Shown here: positions 1 through 12,352 of the stretch, piece after piece | Layout of the letters: every line of letters begins with the position of its first letter | Position numbering within the stretch: position 1 is the first letter of the stretch | Notes under the pieces: generated by a model | What the model was told of the DNA's origin: nothing | What the model saw: the letters and a program-made list of their open reading frames with translations, nothing else | Database searches by the model: none | Program-made: the position numbers and the translations under genes | NCBI GenBank assembly: GCA_028534125.1 | Contig: CM052816.1 | Location: 21,454,001-21,518,000 of the forward strand | Source: Lama glama | Taxonomy: Eukaryota | Length of the DNA stretch: 64,000 nucleotides | Direction: 5' to 3'

Positions 1-3000
1 TCTTAGTTTATGAACAAATTATGAATTTACTGGGAAGTAATAACAGTGCTTTCACCATTTTACAGCCTAGTGAGACTTGCCAGAAAGCCTAGTGAGATTT
101 GCAAGGATGCAAAGAGGTCTCCTTGCCCTAAATACAAAATCTTGCTCTTACCTATAGATTAAAAGGTTTTATCTCAGTGTCCCCTTTCCTCCAAAACCAA
201 AAAATCCATTTGTTCACAAGGATGGTCAAACACTTGCATGCCCCCATCTGTGTGCCTGGTTCAGGTGAATCTTCTATTCTGATTTGGGAAAGACTGCCTG
301 AAGTGAGTTGGTCTTCCCATGGATGACTCCCGGTGGGAAGGGAGGACCAGATAGTAAGTAGTCTGAGCTCATGAACCTGAGCATCCTTTCCTTAAGCCTT
401 TTCCTGCTGCTGACTTGGCCTCTTAGGAATCTGTCTTAACACCATAAGGTATTCTTGAGTATCTGATACAGGCTTCAGAGTAGAGCATTCTTGGCTACCC
501 GTTCTGCTCCAGCATCCTTCTCACATGTGCTAACCCTCTCCCTCCAGGACTTTGTTCAGGCCACTCTCTGCCTGGAACATACACTCTGTCTTCTTTACCT
601 GGCTAACTTCACCTCATCCTCCAAGACCCCTCTGGTGCCATCTTCTCCAGGTAGCCTTACTGGACTTGTCTCCTCCGTTCAATGCCCACAGGGATAGGGA
701 AGTCCCTCTGTATGTTCCCGTTAACCCCCTTTGATTCTCCCACTCATAGCATTTACCACACTGTCTTGGTTTCCTGGCCTAACTCTCCCAACAGACTGAA
801 AACCTCTTGAGGGAATCTGACATACTTATGTTGGTTTTACCACCATTCTGCAGAGTACCTGGCACACAGAGGGCACTCAGTAAAGGTTTACTGAATTAAT
901 GTTCAGGGAATAATTCAGAAAATAAGAAATGAAGTGTCACAAACCCCAAAACATCAAGTAACCAAACTATTTGTCCTAGAACATTCTTCTCCTGTTGTCA
1001 CCCTGGCTCTCCTGCCCCAACAGCAGTCAGGGCAGGTAACCTTATGATTGTTCACCTGCTCTTCTTCAATCTTCTTCTTTTTCAGGAATTTCCTCTTAAA
1101 TACCACTTCCTCAGAGGCTGTCTCTGGCCACCTAGTACAAGCACTCAGTCACTTGATTACATATCAATGTATTTTAATTTGCTACCAAGCATTACTGATA
1201 GTGTTGAAATTTTATTTATGTGTTTGTTTAATTATTTTCTATCTCCACTACTGTACTATAAGCTCCGTGTGACCAGGGACCTTGTCTATTCACAGCTGTA
1301 TGCCCAGTATCTAACAAAGTGGGTGCCACATAGTGGAGTGTTCACTATGTATTTGTTAAACAAACACATGTTACTTTTACTTCATTATGATTTAATTTGA
1401 TGTATGCCTCTCTCTTTGCTGTTGGGTTGGGTGCCCCAGAGAAACTGAGAAGGGTCTCCCTCATGACATTAGAGGGCAGGTGGTGGGGGGAACCTCAGTT
1501 CCCTTCCTAGGCCAAGGTGGGGTATGCTGCCTGCCTACAGCTTCCTTATGACCAGATGCTAAGGAATCTTGGCCCATGTATCTATAGGCTTAAGATGTTA
1601 AAAATTCTCTTCCAGTTCTCTGTGAGAGCAGCTCCAGCCATGCATTTCCCACACTGAAAGAATATGCCCAGGGCTCTGAGTTGGCCTGGTATCCAGCAGG
1701 AAGCAAGTGCAGTGGTCAGCACACTAAGAAAAGTCTTCCTCTTTCCATATCACCACCCTGAGAGTAGCTACCTGGGTGGGTACAGAAGCTGGCTCTGCCT
1801 CATGTGGCTGAGCAGCATGGCTCTCTGGCTCTGCTATAGAACAAGGCTAGCCTTGAGAAGCTGTGGCCTGCATTCCTGTCACTCTGCTCCTGCAGAAATT
1901 GCTCTGCCAGCTCAGCAGAGGGCCTGGCCTGGAGTCTCTCACCTGCCCCTAGCCCTTCCCTGAAGTCCCTTCATTTACTGGAAATCATAAACAGTGAGAG
2001 ACAGCCTTTATCACACCCTGAACAGTGCACTCTTAATGTTTAACACCAGAGGCTGAAACGACCAGGGACGCTGGCCTCCTGGTTACTCCCAGTGACTGAT
2101 ATTTGCACCTGGTAACTGAGGTCAGATTTACTTCTCTTAAGTCACATGATTTGCTTCAAGGCAGGAAGATGTTGGGGCCACTTGTTGCAAAGGAACCAGG
2201 AGGTGATCACAGAAACGCTGCAAAGCAGCTTTGGAAGTAAAGGCTGTGCTTCCCAGGGAGCCAGCCCTGGGAGCATGGAGCTGAGCTGGGAAATGACTCA
2301 CCAGGGCCTAAACCCCAACATTTCACTCAGAGCAAGCTTAGAATACCATCTTCCCTCTAAGACACCTGCTGAACGGAGCAACTCTGAATCCTTTCTGGAA
2401 TAGAGTGGGGCATTAATTAATTAATTAACAAATTAAACATACTGAATAGGCAACCCAGAAGATTCTGGTCACTTAAGAGTCTCCAAATCACAGCACAGGC
2501 CTTACCCTATCCAGACACACTACTCTTGCTCCAGGATTTGCTTGACCTCAGGTATTTATCTCCTGGTTGTCATAGAAGCGGCTCAGATAAACAGCAACAT
2601 AGCCAACCTGGCTCCTCTGCCAGCCTCAGAGACTTCCGAGAGCAGTGGAGCTCTCTGGTGGCCAGTGGTGGCCCTGCCCGCTCATGTCTGACATCTCTTT
2701 CACATGACCTCTTGAAGCACACTATAGGTGATCAATAAATGCTAGCTGAATGAAGGAATCCCCAGGGGCTATGTTGGCTCTCAGGTGTCAAAGCTCCTTA
2801 GATAACCCTTCAGTGGCTGTTGTGACTAGAGCAGATCCACTCCCACCAATTCCTGAGTTACCCCAGGGACTGCAGGCCAGACTGCACACGGCCACACAGC
2901 TTCTCAGGCAATCCAGTTGGCCCACAAGCCACTTTCTCTGCTCCCAGAGCAAAGTGGATACAGACCTGGGAGGAAGGAGTCAGCTGTGGTCCAGCAACTT

Positions 3001-3879
3001 GGCTGGAGCAGACAGGGTCAATGTCTGGCCATGCTTGCACTGGATGCCATGCACACAGAATGGCAGAAGGCCCCACCACCTGCATGCCAGGGGAACTACA
3101 CTCACTGTCTGCATGTCCACCCAAGGACAGAGCACACTCTCAAATGACCCTCAAGGATGGACAGCTGGCCTCAAGGAGACACTACAAGGAGATTAAGAAA
3201 GAAGTCACTGTCCCTGCAGACCCTGAAATGGCTACCAAAGGAAGAGCCACAGTGCTCTAAGGAAAGTTTCTAAAATGGGACAGATTTCCCCCTCTGTGAC
3301 ACACAGAAAGAGGGTTAGGGGATAGATCAGACTACCTGATCTCTCAAGGCCACCAAAACCAACCAATGCCCTATTTAGGGAGGCAGTACAGGGCTGCTTC
3401 TGGGCTCTGGAACTGGACTAGCAAATCTTCAGTCTGCTGCATGAAAGCAGTGTAGCCTTAGACATCATTTAACCTCTTTCTTCATTTGGTTGTTATGTGA
3501 ATTAAAGAAGATAGTACACGTAAAACTTTTAGTATGAAATCCTCAGTACATTTTAGCTATTCGACTATTTTTTCTTTCTAGAACACTGAATTAAACAGAA
3601 AAGAAACAGGGAAAGAAATGGCATGGCATTACACATTAGCAGAAACTTGACTACCCACCTTGGATAAGAGAAATGACTGCAAATAACAGTAGAGCAAAGG
3701 CAGGTTTGAAGTCTTTGGCTCAGTCATTCTAGGATCCTGAGTCATGGCAGATGTACAGCGCACATGAGGCTAAGCCATACATGAAAGCTTTTCCACCCAC
3801 AGACTGGTGGAGCTTGCTGATATGCTTAATGAGAATAACAAGGATGGAAAAAAAAAGAATAACAAGGTTGATAAAAATA

Positions 3880-4110
3880 GCTACCATGGGCCACGGACAT
3901 GTTAAGTGGTTCAAGCAAGTTATTTTATTTAATTCATAGTGCAAATCTCTGAGGTAGATATTCTTGTTCCCATTTTAGACTATAAACAGAGTTAAAGAAG
4001 TTAAATAATTTCCCAAGCACACCCCCACTCACCTGTGTACACACACAAAGAAGCAGAGCTGGGATTCAAACCCAGGCTTAACTGACAGTGGACTTCTCTA
4101 CTGGGCTATA
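3880..4110 (-). mobile_element. MIR (representative; others at about 3380-3560, 4860-5160, 13130-13290, 49630-49850, 51780-51900, 63650-63800)
   Basis: CCCATTTTAGA..AAACAGAG..AAGTTAAATAATTTCCCAAG..GCAGAGCTGGGATTCAAACCCAGG core. Confidence 0.7.
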
Positions 4111-5859
4111 CTATCTGAAGCAAAATTTTAAGAGCTGTCCATTTCTTGGGAAAACCCACTTGGGTAGTCCTTAAATCTACTTTGCTAAGAACAGGAGCCA
4201 CCACTGTGTAAATAAGAATAGTGGGATCAGTCCTCAGGCGACAGCATAACCAGGGCAGATGGAAAAGGCATCTGCCCCACAGGGCGAAAGTTAGGCTTCT
4301 TTTTTTAAAGAGTCTTAGGGAAACTCCTCCTTACCCAGTTTGCAGGCCTGAGCTACAGAATCCTGCCACAGAGTGAAGGCCCAGCTTTGCTCAGGGTCAG
4401 AGAGTTCTAGAGTACCCACCTGCCACCTGCGTATCTGCTCCAACCCCCTCTCCACTTCAGGTTCAGTCTCTGAAGCACCAGGGAAGGGGCGGGGGAGGGG
4501 GTGATGCAGGATTGACCAGGACCAGGCAAGCGTAGGGAATGGGGAAAAGGAGTACTGGAAGCACATCACCCCCAGCCCCACTCTGCCTCTCAGAAAACAA
4601 AGAAGGAGGTTCCTTGTTTCTGCTACCATGGATGCCCCTCCCTGAGGGGATTTTAATGCCCAGGACTGAGGGTCCTGTGTGCTGAGGAAGCCCTGTCCCT
4701 CAATCCCCTACAATAGCCAGAACCAGCTACCAAAGGAGTGGACTCAGAACTGTTTCTGCATGTGAGCATTTTCTTCTGGAGACTAAAGTGAATCCTGGAG
4801 AGAAAGCACTGGCCTGGGACTCCACAGACTGTGGCTCCTATGTCCAGCTTTTCTTCTAACTCTCCATGTGACCTTAAGCAAGCCACCTGATCTCCCTGGT
4901 CTAGACTTTCTTTTCTGTTAAATGGGAATAATTACACATAGTCATCATCGAAGCTGATACTCACTGAGGTTTTACTCTGAGCCAGATCTTATGCTGGATG
5001 AATCATTATATACATCCTTTGAGGCAGGTACTATATTCACTCCCATTTTCAGGAAACTGGAGGAACAGGGAAGTTAGGGAACATGGCCACAGTGACAGAG
5101 TTAGTAAAGGTGGATCTGGCTCTCAGGATTATGTCTGTTTTTCTAAGTTCTTCACCACTGTGGCATGCAGAGTTACTTCATACAGATCAACGACAGTTGT
5201 AAAAATGTTTTGAAAGCAGAAAAAGGGGGACTGCTGCATGATACAAATATAAATCACAACTCCCTGGACATAACTGAAGGTATAACCCTAATCCCTTGAA
5301 AGATATTCTATGGAATCTGTCCATAGAATCAGAGACCTCCAAGATGGGAAAGACTCTCAGTAACTCATTTTTTTCCTGCCTCCCTCCCCTTGGGCAAGAA
5401 TGCCATGACTAGCCAAATTCTACAAGTGAGATCAGAAAGGTCAAGCAACGGTGGCCAGCTTAGGCCTTCAGCTGGCAGGTGAGGAGGGGACAGAAATAGG
5501 CCTCCTGGATCCTCGAGGAGGGTACAGTGATGATAAAAGGACCATTTGTGTCAAAGTGGAGTCCCTCCAACGAAATTTAAACATTTTAACATAATATTCA
5601 AGTAAATCTATTGTAACCTTTAGAACAAATTTTATTTCACCACAAAGCTGGTCAATATTGAGTTCTAAATGTAGTTGGTCCTCCCTCTCTTGGCAAAGCT
5701 CTGTTATCACACAGGGCTCACATCTGCAGACAATAGAACTCATAGGGGTTAGTACCGCCAGGAAAAGGACTATACACAAAGATACTAAGTAGATAAAAAC
5801 GCTCACTGGGAGGGCTGCAGATTTAGAGGTCAAAAAGCCAGGAACAATGCTTAAACCAA

Positions 5860-6370
5860 ACTTTAGAGCTAGGCCAAGCACAAAATCCTACCTTCCTACA
5901 GTGGCCTGCAAGGCTGTGTGGCTAGCCCCTCTTCCCTCTGCTGCCTTTGCTCCCTCCACTCTCCTCCTGGCTCCTTGGTGCTCTGGCCTCCTTCCTGGCT
6001 CTGCAAACAATCCCATCTCAGGGCAATGAACTTGCTCTTTCTTCTGCCTGGAGCACACACATTCACACTGCTTGCTCCCTGCCTTCACCCAGGCTTCTGC
6101 TGAAATACCCGCTCCTTAGAAAAGTCTTCCTGGACTGGCCTGTCACTCTATCCCTTCTCACTGCTTCACTCTTCCTCAAAATCACCTATTGCTCCCTGAC
6201 AGTAGTATTAAGCACTGCCTGTCTCCCAGATCAGACCGCAAGCTCCATGAGGGCAGGGACTTGGGTTGTTCTGTTTGCTGCTGTAAGCCCACTGCCCAAA
6301 GTGGTGCCTGGTACATTTTAAGTGCTTAACTATTTGCTGAATACTCTATGCAAGAATAAACAAAGGAATG
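5860..6370 (+). mobile_element. L2 3' fragment (representative; similar L2 relics at about 690-1365, 14760-15460, 29310-30140, 38440-38900, 46770-47400, 48560-49560, 61270-62170)
   Basis: AAGCTCCATGAGGGCAGGGAC..GTGCCTGGTACA..TATTTGCTGAAT..GAATGAATG tail. Confidence 0.7.
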
Positions 6371-8369
6371 AATGGAAAACTGCAATACAAACCAAGTCCT
6401 TGTGTTCTCCTGCCTGTGCTGGAGGATCAGGGTAGTAGCAAGTGTCAACTTGTGCTATGGCTGCAGCTGTGCTGTCACCCTGCCCGGATTGTGATCAGCC
6501 CTGTGGCTCCCACTTTGGAGAGAAGACTTGCCTGGGGACCTGTAGCTCCAAAACTCCCCTGACAGTCTCTGTATCTCTTGGAACTTGTCTGGACCATGGA
6601 GGCCTGGCTGGGTTCCTGCCCCTGGTTTCCTAGGGCTTCAGATAGGCTCGGAGGTGACTTACCCAAAGTCCTCGTCTCTCCTAGACCGGTTCAGCCCAGG
6701 GAGTGACGCTAACAAACAAATGCAGTCATGTATAGACTTAGAGGGTCACACGAGGTCAGAGCTGGGTGAAGCCTTGGTGATACCAAGAGCTGTGTGTACT
6801 CTGCAGATAACACAGGCCAGCACGGTGGCGAGCGTGTGTGTAGACTCTGTGGTGTGGCAGATCCAACCTCCACCAGCCATGTGATTCTAAAGAATCATTT
6901 GAAAAGACACTATTTGAAAAGCACTGCTTTTCTCAGGTGTAAAATGGAAACAAAAGTCCCTGCTTTAAACAGTAAGCTTGTCCTCCAGTTCAAATGTCTT
7001 TACTTCCTATTCTTTATAATATTAAAGACAAACTCTCTGGCTTCACAGTCAAATCCCACCACCACCAAAATCCAGTCAACCCATAATACCCAGTATGGTC
7101 CCTCTGACTCTTCCGGACACTCCTGCTCCTTCTCACACCTGTGCACCTGGAGCCACCACCCACCTTCTCTCCCACCTGAGTCTACCAAAGCCCAGGGACA
7201 GGTCTCACGAAGTCTTCCCTGATGTGGGTTTTTCTGGGCACTTGCTGGTGTCAGTATTGCATGTTAACAGACAGGAAAAAGTCTTGACTCTCCAACCAGA
7301 ATATGGGTTCCTTAAGGGCAACTGCCTCTTCTCTTGTGATGTCTCCCTCAACTACATATTAAATAATAAATAAAAATTTCTGCTAACTGACTCACCTGAA
7401 GTTAGAATTCAGTTAAAGTGCTCCCAAACACTACCTCTATATAACCCAAGGGAAGGAAAATAAAGGTATAGAAACAAATTAAATTGGAGACAAACTCAAA
7501 TCACTCCTATTTCTACATACTTGGTTTGTATGTAAAAAACCAAACAACCTCTATCTCCAATCCAAGCTTGACAAGTAGAGGAACTCCCTAAGAACAGTGC
7601 ATAGAATAAATCACAAGAACTATTCTCACTTAGACTTCAGGAAGGAAAACACAGTTAAACTGAAAACTGTTAACTGGTGTTTAAAAAAAAAAACAACAAA
7701 CAGCCCGGAAATGTTTTTAGGACTATGTCTATCAAAGTCCCTCAGGGGCTGATTCGCCCTTCAACATATTCTTCCTAACACCTGCTTTTACTAAAAACCA
7801 ACAGCCCAACACCAGAACTTTGTGAGTCAGAAGCAGAGTGAAACGACACAGAGGCACTCAGCTGTGAAGCACATCACCCAGATAGCAAACAATAGACACA
7901 CTAAGTAAGCCAGTGCCCTGTGGCCAGGAGGGTGGGCCCTGGGGACGCTGAACCAACATTACCCCAGATTCTCCTCCTGTCTATTCCTCTCTCTGGTCCA
8001 TGCCTCCAATTCTCCCACCCACTTGCTAAATACATCTGGAAAAAATACTTGCACAACTCTCCAAACTAATTCCACATTATTTTAAGTGAGACCTAAAGAC
8101 TAACACATATTTCTTACGTTTTCTTAAGCAAGGGTATTAAAAGACAGAACTTAGAAAGCTCAAGTAATACGGAGAATTAAATTTAATACCTTCTGATCTT
8201 AACCTCATATTAGACAATCTTTTTGAATACAATTCTACATCTACACAAAAAAACTGTCTCTTTAAATTTCAAACAATATCATCTTAGTTCTTTTCCTTTC
8301 TCAGAATTTTTAAGACAGCGTTTGCTACTACAGCTTAGAGTCACAAAACACAATCCATGCAAAACCATA

Positions 8370-8860
8370 CTCAAAATGTTCACTGCAGCATTATTCATAA
8401 TAGCCCAAACATGGAAACAACCCAAATATCCATCAAATGATGAATGAATAAACAAAATGTGGTTTACTCATACAATAGAGTATCATTGGGCAACGAAGGA
8501 AAGGAGTACTGACACATGTTACAACATGGATGAGTTTTGAAAACTTCACACTAAGTGAAAGAAGCGAGACACAAAAGACCACATATTGTATGGTTCTATT
8601 TAAATGATCCAGGATAGGCAAATCCATAGAGACAGAAAGTAGATTAGTGGCTGCCAGGGGCTGGGGAAAATGGAGAGATTGGGGAGGTGATAATTTAGGG
8701 GTAAAGATTTTCTTTTTGGGTAACGAAAATGTTCTAAATTGACTCCATTGATGGATGCATAATTCTGTGAACTTCCTAAAGACCAGTGAATTGCACATTT
8801 TAAAGAAGTGAATTGTACAGTATGAGGGATAGATGGCAATAAAGCAGTCTTTAAAAAAAG
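8370..8860 (+). mobile_element. Old L1 (L1M-type) 3' end
   Basis: ATGTTCACTGCAGCATTATTCATAATAGCC...AAACAACCCAAATATCCATC...AATAAAGC followed by an A tail. Confidence 0.85.
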
Positions 8861-8869
8861 AGGACAAGG

Positions 8870-11800
8870 AGACAGACTTCCAGTCAAGATGGTGGAGTGG
8901 TAGGACCACAAGTTCACCTCTCCTCATGACTAAAACAAAACCACAACTGGCTGCTAAACAACCATCAGGGGAAAAAACTGGAACCTAGCAAAAAAGATCT
9001 TCAACTGTAAACATAAAGAAGGAACCACAGCAGGACAGTAGGAGGGGCGTGCTCGTGATAAAATTGGGCCCCATAGCCCCCACATGGGCGAACCACAAGC
9101 TGAAGAATAATTAAGTCACAGGGGCCCTCCCACAGGAGTGAGAGTTCTGAGCCCCATGTCAGGCTCCCCAGCCCAGAGTTCTGGCATTGGGAAAAGGAGG
9201 AGACCCCAGGATATCTGGTTTTGAAGGCCAGTGGAGCTTAACTCCTGGATCTCCACAGGACTAGGGGAGACAGAAGCTTTACTCTCTTGGAAAGTGTACA
9301 CAGAATCTTGTGTGCGCCAGGTCAAAGGGCAGAGACAGTGATTTCATAGGAACCTGGGTCAGACCTGCCTGCTGGTTTTGGAGGATCTTCTGGGGAGGTA
9401 GGAGAGGCTGCGACTCACCCAGGGGACATAAAAGCTGGTGGCAGACATTTATCTGGGAGTGTTCACCTACATGAGCTTTCCTGGAGACTGACATCTTGAC
9501 TGGATCATTAGCACCAAGACCCAGACCCACCCAACAGCCTATAGGGTTAAGGGCTGGGAAGCCTCAGGCCAAATAACATACTGGATAGGAACACAGCCCC
9601 ACCCATTAGCAGACTTCCTAAGCCACAAACACCTCTGGACATGGCCCTACCTACCAGAGGTCCAGGAACAAGCTTCACCCAGCAGTGGGCAGGCACCAAC
9701 TCTTCCTTCCAGGAAACCTGCATAAGCCTCTAGTCCAGCCTCATCCACCAGGGGGCAGATAACAAAAATAAGAAAACAACAATCCCAAAGCCTGTGGAAG
9801 GAATTCACAAACACAGTCCAGATTCTACACTGGGACTTGGCTGGACCCTGGCCCTTGGGTGACAAGAGAGGAGTGTACTGCTGGGAAACATAGGAGGTCT
9901 CCCATAGGGGGTCACTTCTCCAAGGTTGAGAAACATTAACTAACCTACCTAAAAATACAAATAGAAAGACAGACAATATGAGGTGGCAGAGGAATATTTC
10001 CCAGGCCAAAGCACAAGATAATATTACAGAAGAAGAAATAAGTGATGAGGAGACAGGCAATTTATCTGAGAGAGAGTTTAAAACAATGACAATGAAGCTG
10101 TTCAGAGAACTCAAGAGGAGTATAGATGCACAGAGTGAAGTTTTTAGCAGAGTTGGAAAATATAAAGAATACCCAGAGTTGAACAATAAAATTACTGAAA
10201 TGAAAACACTAGAAGGAACCAAGAATAGACCAAATGAGGCAGAAGAATGGATCAATGAGCTAGAAGACAGATTTGTGGAAATCATTACTGCAGAACAGAA
10301 AAAAGAAAAAAGAATGAAAAAAATGAGGATGGTTTAAGAGAACTCTGAGACAACATGAAGCACACTAATACTCGCATTATAGAGGTCCCAGAAAAAGAAG
10401 ACAGAGAGAAAGAACCTGAGAAAATTTTTGAAGAGATAATAACCAAAAACTTCCCCAACCTGAGAAAGGAAACAGTCACTCAAGTCCAGGAAGTGCAGAG
10501 AGTTCCACACAGGATCAACCCAAAGAGGAACACACCAAGGCACATAGTCATCAGATTGACAATAATTAAGGATAAGGAGAAAATATTAAAATTAGCAAGA
10601 GAAAAGCAACAAATAACATACAAGGGAACTCCCATAACGTTATCAGCTGGTTTTTCAGCAGAAACTCTACAGGTCAGAAGGGAGTGGCACGATATATTTA
10701 AAGGGATGAAAGGGGGAAACTTACAACCAAGAATACTCTATCCAGTAAGGCTCTCATTCAGACTTGATGGAGAAATCAAAAGTTTCATAGAAAAACAAAA
10801 GCTGAAAGAATTCAGTACCACCAAACCAGCTTTACAACAAATGTTAAAGGAACTTCTCTAGTCATCAGACCATAAGAGAACAATAAGAAGAAATAGAAGA
10901 AGGAAAAAAAAAAAAGACCTACAAAAGATTGCTTTCGCAATTCAGGATCTTTTATGGTTTCATATAATTTTGGAACTGTTTGTTCTAATTCTGTGAAAAA
11001 TGTCGTGAGTATTTTGACAGGGGTTGCACTGAATCTGTAGGTTGCTTTGGATAGTATGGCCATTTTGATAATGTTCATTCTTCCAATCAAAGAGCACAAG
11101 ATATCTTTCCATTTCTTTATATCATCTTCAATTTCCTTCATCAGTGTTTTATAGTTTTCAGAGTATAGGCAGCCTCCTTGGTTAAGATTACTTCTAGGTA
11201 TTTTGTTGATTTTGATGCAATGGAAATGTTTATGCCAGTTATAAAATTCTAGTTTTTGAAGTGAAAAAGAAAGAGAATGAAGAGCCACAAATGGCAAAAT
11301 ATCCTTCTTTTTTATGGGTGAGTTGTGTTCCATTACATATATATGCTACATCTTCTTTATCCATTTATCTGTTGATGTGCACGTGGGATGTTTCCATATC
11401 TTGGCAATTACAAATAATGTTGCTGTTAATAGCCAGGTGTATGTATCTTTTTGAATTAATGTTCTTGTTTTTCTCGGATATATGCCTGGGAGTGGAGCTG
11501 CAGGGCCATGTGGCGGTTCTATTTTTGGGTTTTTGAGAAATCTCCATATTGTTTTCCATAGTAGCTGCACCAATTTACATTCCCACCAACAGTGTACAAG
11601 GGTTCCCTTTTCTCCACATCCTTGCCAACATTTGTTATTTGTGTTCTTTTTGCTGATGGCCATTCTGACAGGTATGAGGTGATGTCTCATTGTGATTCTG
11701 ATCTGCATTTCTCTGATATTAGTGATGTTGAGTAACTTTTCATATTCCTGTTGGCCATCTGCATTTCCTCTTTTGGAAAAACGTCTGTTCAGTTTTTCTG

Positions 11801-12352
11801 CCCATATTTTAAATGAGTTGATTAGTTGGTTGTTTGCTTTTTAATTGAAGTACAGTTGATTTAAAATGTGTATTAGTTTCTGGTGCACAGCATGGATGGA
11901 CTTGGAGGGCATTATGCTAAGTGAAATAGGTCAAAGAAAGATAAATACTGTAAAGTATCACTTACATGTGGAATCTAAAAAAATACAACAAACTAGTGAA
12001 TATAACAGAAAAGAAAAAGACTCACAGATGTGGAGAAGGAACTAGTGGTTACCAGTGGGGCGAGGGAAGGAGGAGGGGCAAGACAGAGGTGGAGGATTAA
12101 GAGGCACAAACTATCAGATATAAACTAAGCTACAAAGATGTACTGTACAACATGGGGAATATAGCCAACATTTTATGATAACTATAAATGGGAGTATTAC
12201 CTTTAAAAATTTGAATTACTATATTGTATACCTGTAACATATAATATTATACATCAACTATACTTCAATTTTAAAAATATGATATTGTAAAATAAATACA
12301 TAAATAAATTTTAAAATTTTTTTAATAAAATAAAAATAAAAAATAAAAAAAA
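8870..12352 (+). mobile_element. Rearranged LINE-1: 5' UTR, frameshifted ORF1 (9978-10861), inverted ORF2 pieces, sense 3' end and A-rich tail
   Basis: 5' GACTTCC..AAGATGG; ORF1p C-terminal motifs (RINPKRNTPRHIVI, QPRILYP, FSTTKPALQQMLK); minus-strand ORF2 peptides (10927-11222, 11284-11830); flanked by A-run+AGGACAAGG on both sides. Confidence 0.88.

Noticed and set aside
2412..2429. Palindromic (TTAA)n run
   Set aside because: Short simple repeat with no flanking transposon termini.
9978..10861. L1 ORF1 as a functional or domesticated gene
   Set aside because: Split by a frameshift near the A-run at about 10320, and ORF2 is fragmentary.
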